Below are positions 63,707 through 64,000 of a DNA stretch of 64,000 nucleotides, piece by piece. The stretch comes from a candidate division WOR-3 bacterium (lineage in GTDB: Bacteria > Hydrothermota > 32-111), in contig JBDRZU010000001.1 in the NCBI GenBank assembly GCA_039804105.1, forward strand, positions 1,120,001 through 1,184,000, written 5' to 3'. A program made the translations under genes and the position numbers. The notes beneath the pieces are model-generated. The model was not told where the DNA came from. It worked only from the letters and a program-made list of their open reading frames with translations, and ran no database searches. Each line of letters begins with the position of its first letter. The first letter of the stretch is position 1.

Positions 63707-64000
63707 TTACTCCATCAACAATGTATCTTCCAGAAAGTTTGTACTTTTTATTGTATATTTGCCTCTTTTTAGATTCAAAAAATTCACCGTTCCCGTTTCA
63801 TCAGAAATGTTTTCTCTCACAATATTTCCATCAACATCAAGCAGTAAAAATTTTTCGTTTTTTATTTCAGTATTCAATTTTAAAGAAAACTTTTCTTGCA
63901 ATGTTTCAGTAAAAAAATAATTCTCCCATCTTTTTCTGTTGATATTACCTGAAAAATCAACAACACTATCAACAATAACTTGAACTAAAAATTTTTCATT
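63707..64000 (-). CDS. 3' part of a secreted protein with Ig-like/prealbumin-like domains (partial)
   Basis: Frame is open from the window edge: ..VVDFSGN..., SDETGTVNFLNLKRGKYTI. Confidence 0.55.
   Translation of the reverse strand, partial: NEKFLVQVIVDSVVDFSGNINRKRWENYFFTETLQEKFSLKLNTEIKNEKFLLLDVDGNIVRENISDETGTVNFLNLKRGKYTIKSTNFLEDTLLME

Overview
AT-rich bacterial chromosomal segment in the standard genetic code. A T9SS-type C-terminal sorting domain, many beta-barrel/lipoprotein-like ORFs, a V/A-type ATPase and an anaerobe-type O2-defence operon suggest an anaerobic diderm near the FCB group; WOR-3/TA06-like is a guess the 16S could test. In order, it holds the end of a polysaccharide operon with mtnA, M23/prmA, a DUF2089 operon, CapA, an APC-EIIA fusion, a peroxiredoxin, a ClC, and a gingipain-like C25 protease behind a sigma54-like promoter. 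Then come an ECF/anti-sigma-thioredoxin operon, a split rRNA locus, a cyclase-STAND-TPR protein, an OadA-like carboxyltransferase, a complete probably Na+-coupled V-ATPase operon, and an ogg-perR-hrb-fprA-ftn-dfx-rbr operon. The last block is a GC-richer type I R-M island. Three observations stand out. (1) The hsdM-fic-hsdS-RAYT-hsdR island is bounded by a perfect 33-bp inverted repeat with no integrase or DDE transposase; the only recombination-type enzyme is an HUH/Y1 RAYT overlapping both neighbours in the R-M operon and carrying a perfect 28-bp GTAG palindrome. (2) A third copy of the same repeat sits 30 bp after tRNA-Ala, where 23S rRNA would normally follow. (3) The 16S-tRNA-Ile-tRNA-Ala unit has a 388-aa probable outer-membrane protein gene between the two spacer tRNAs and no linked 23S/5S.
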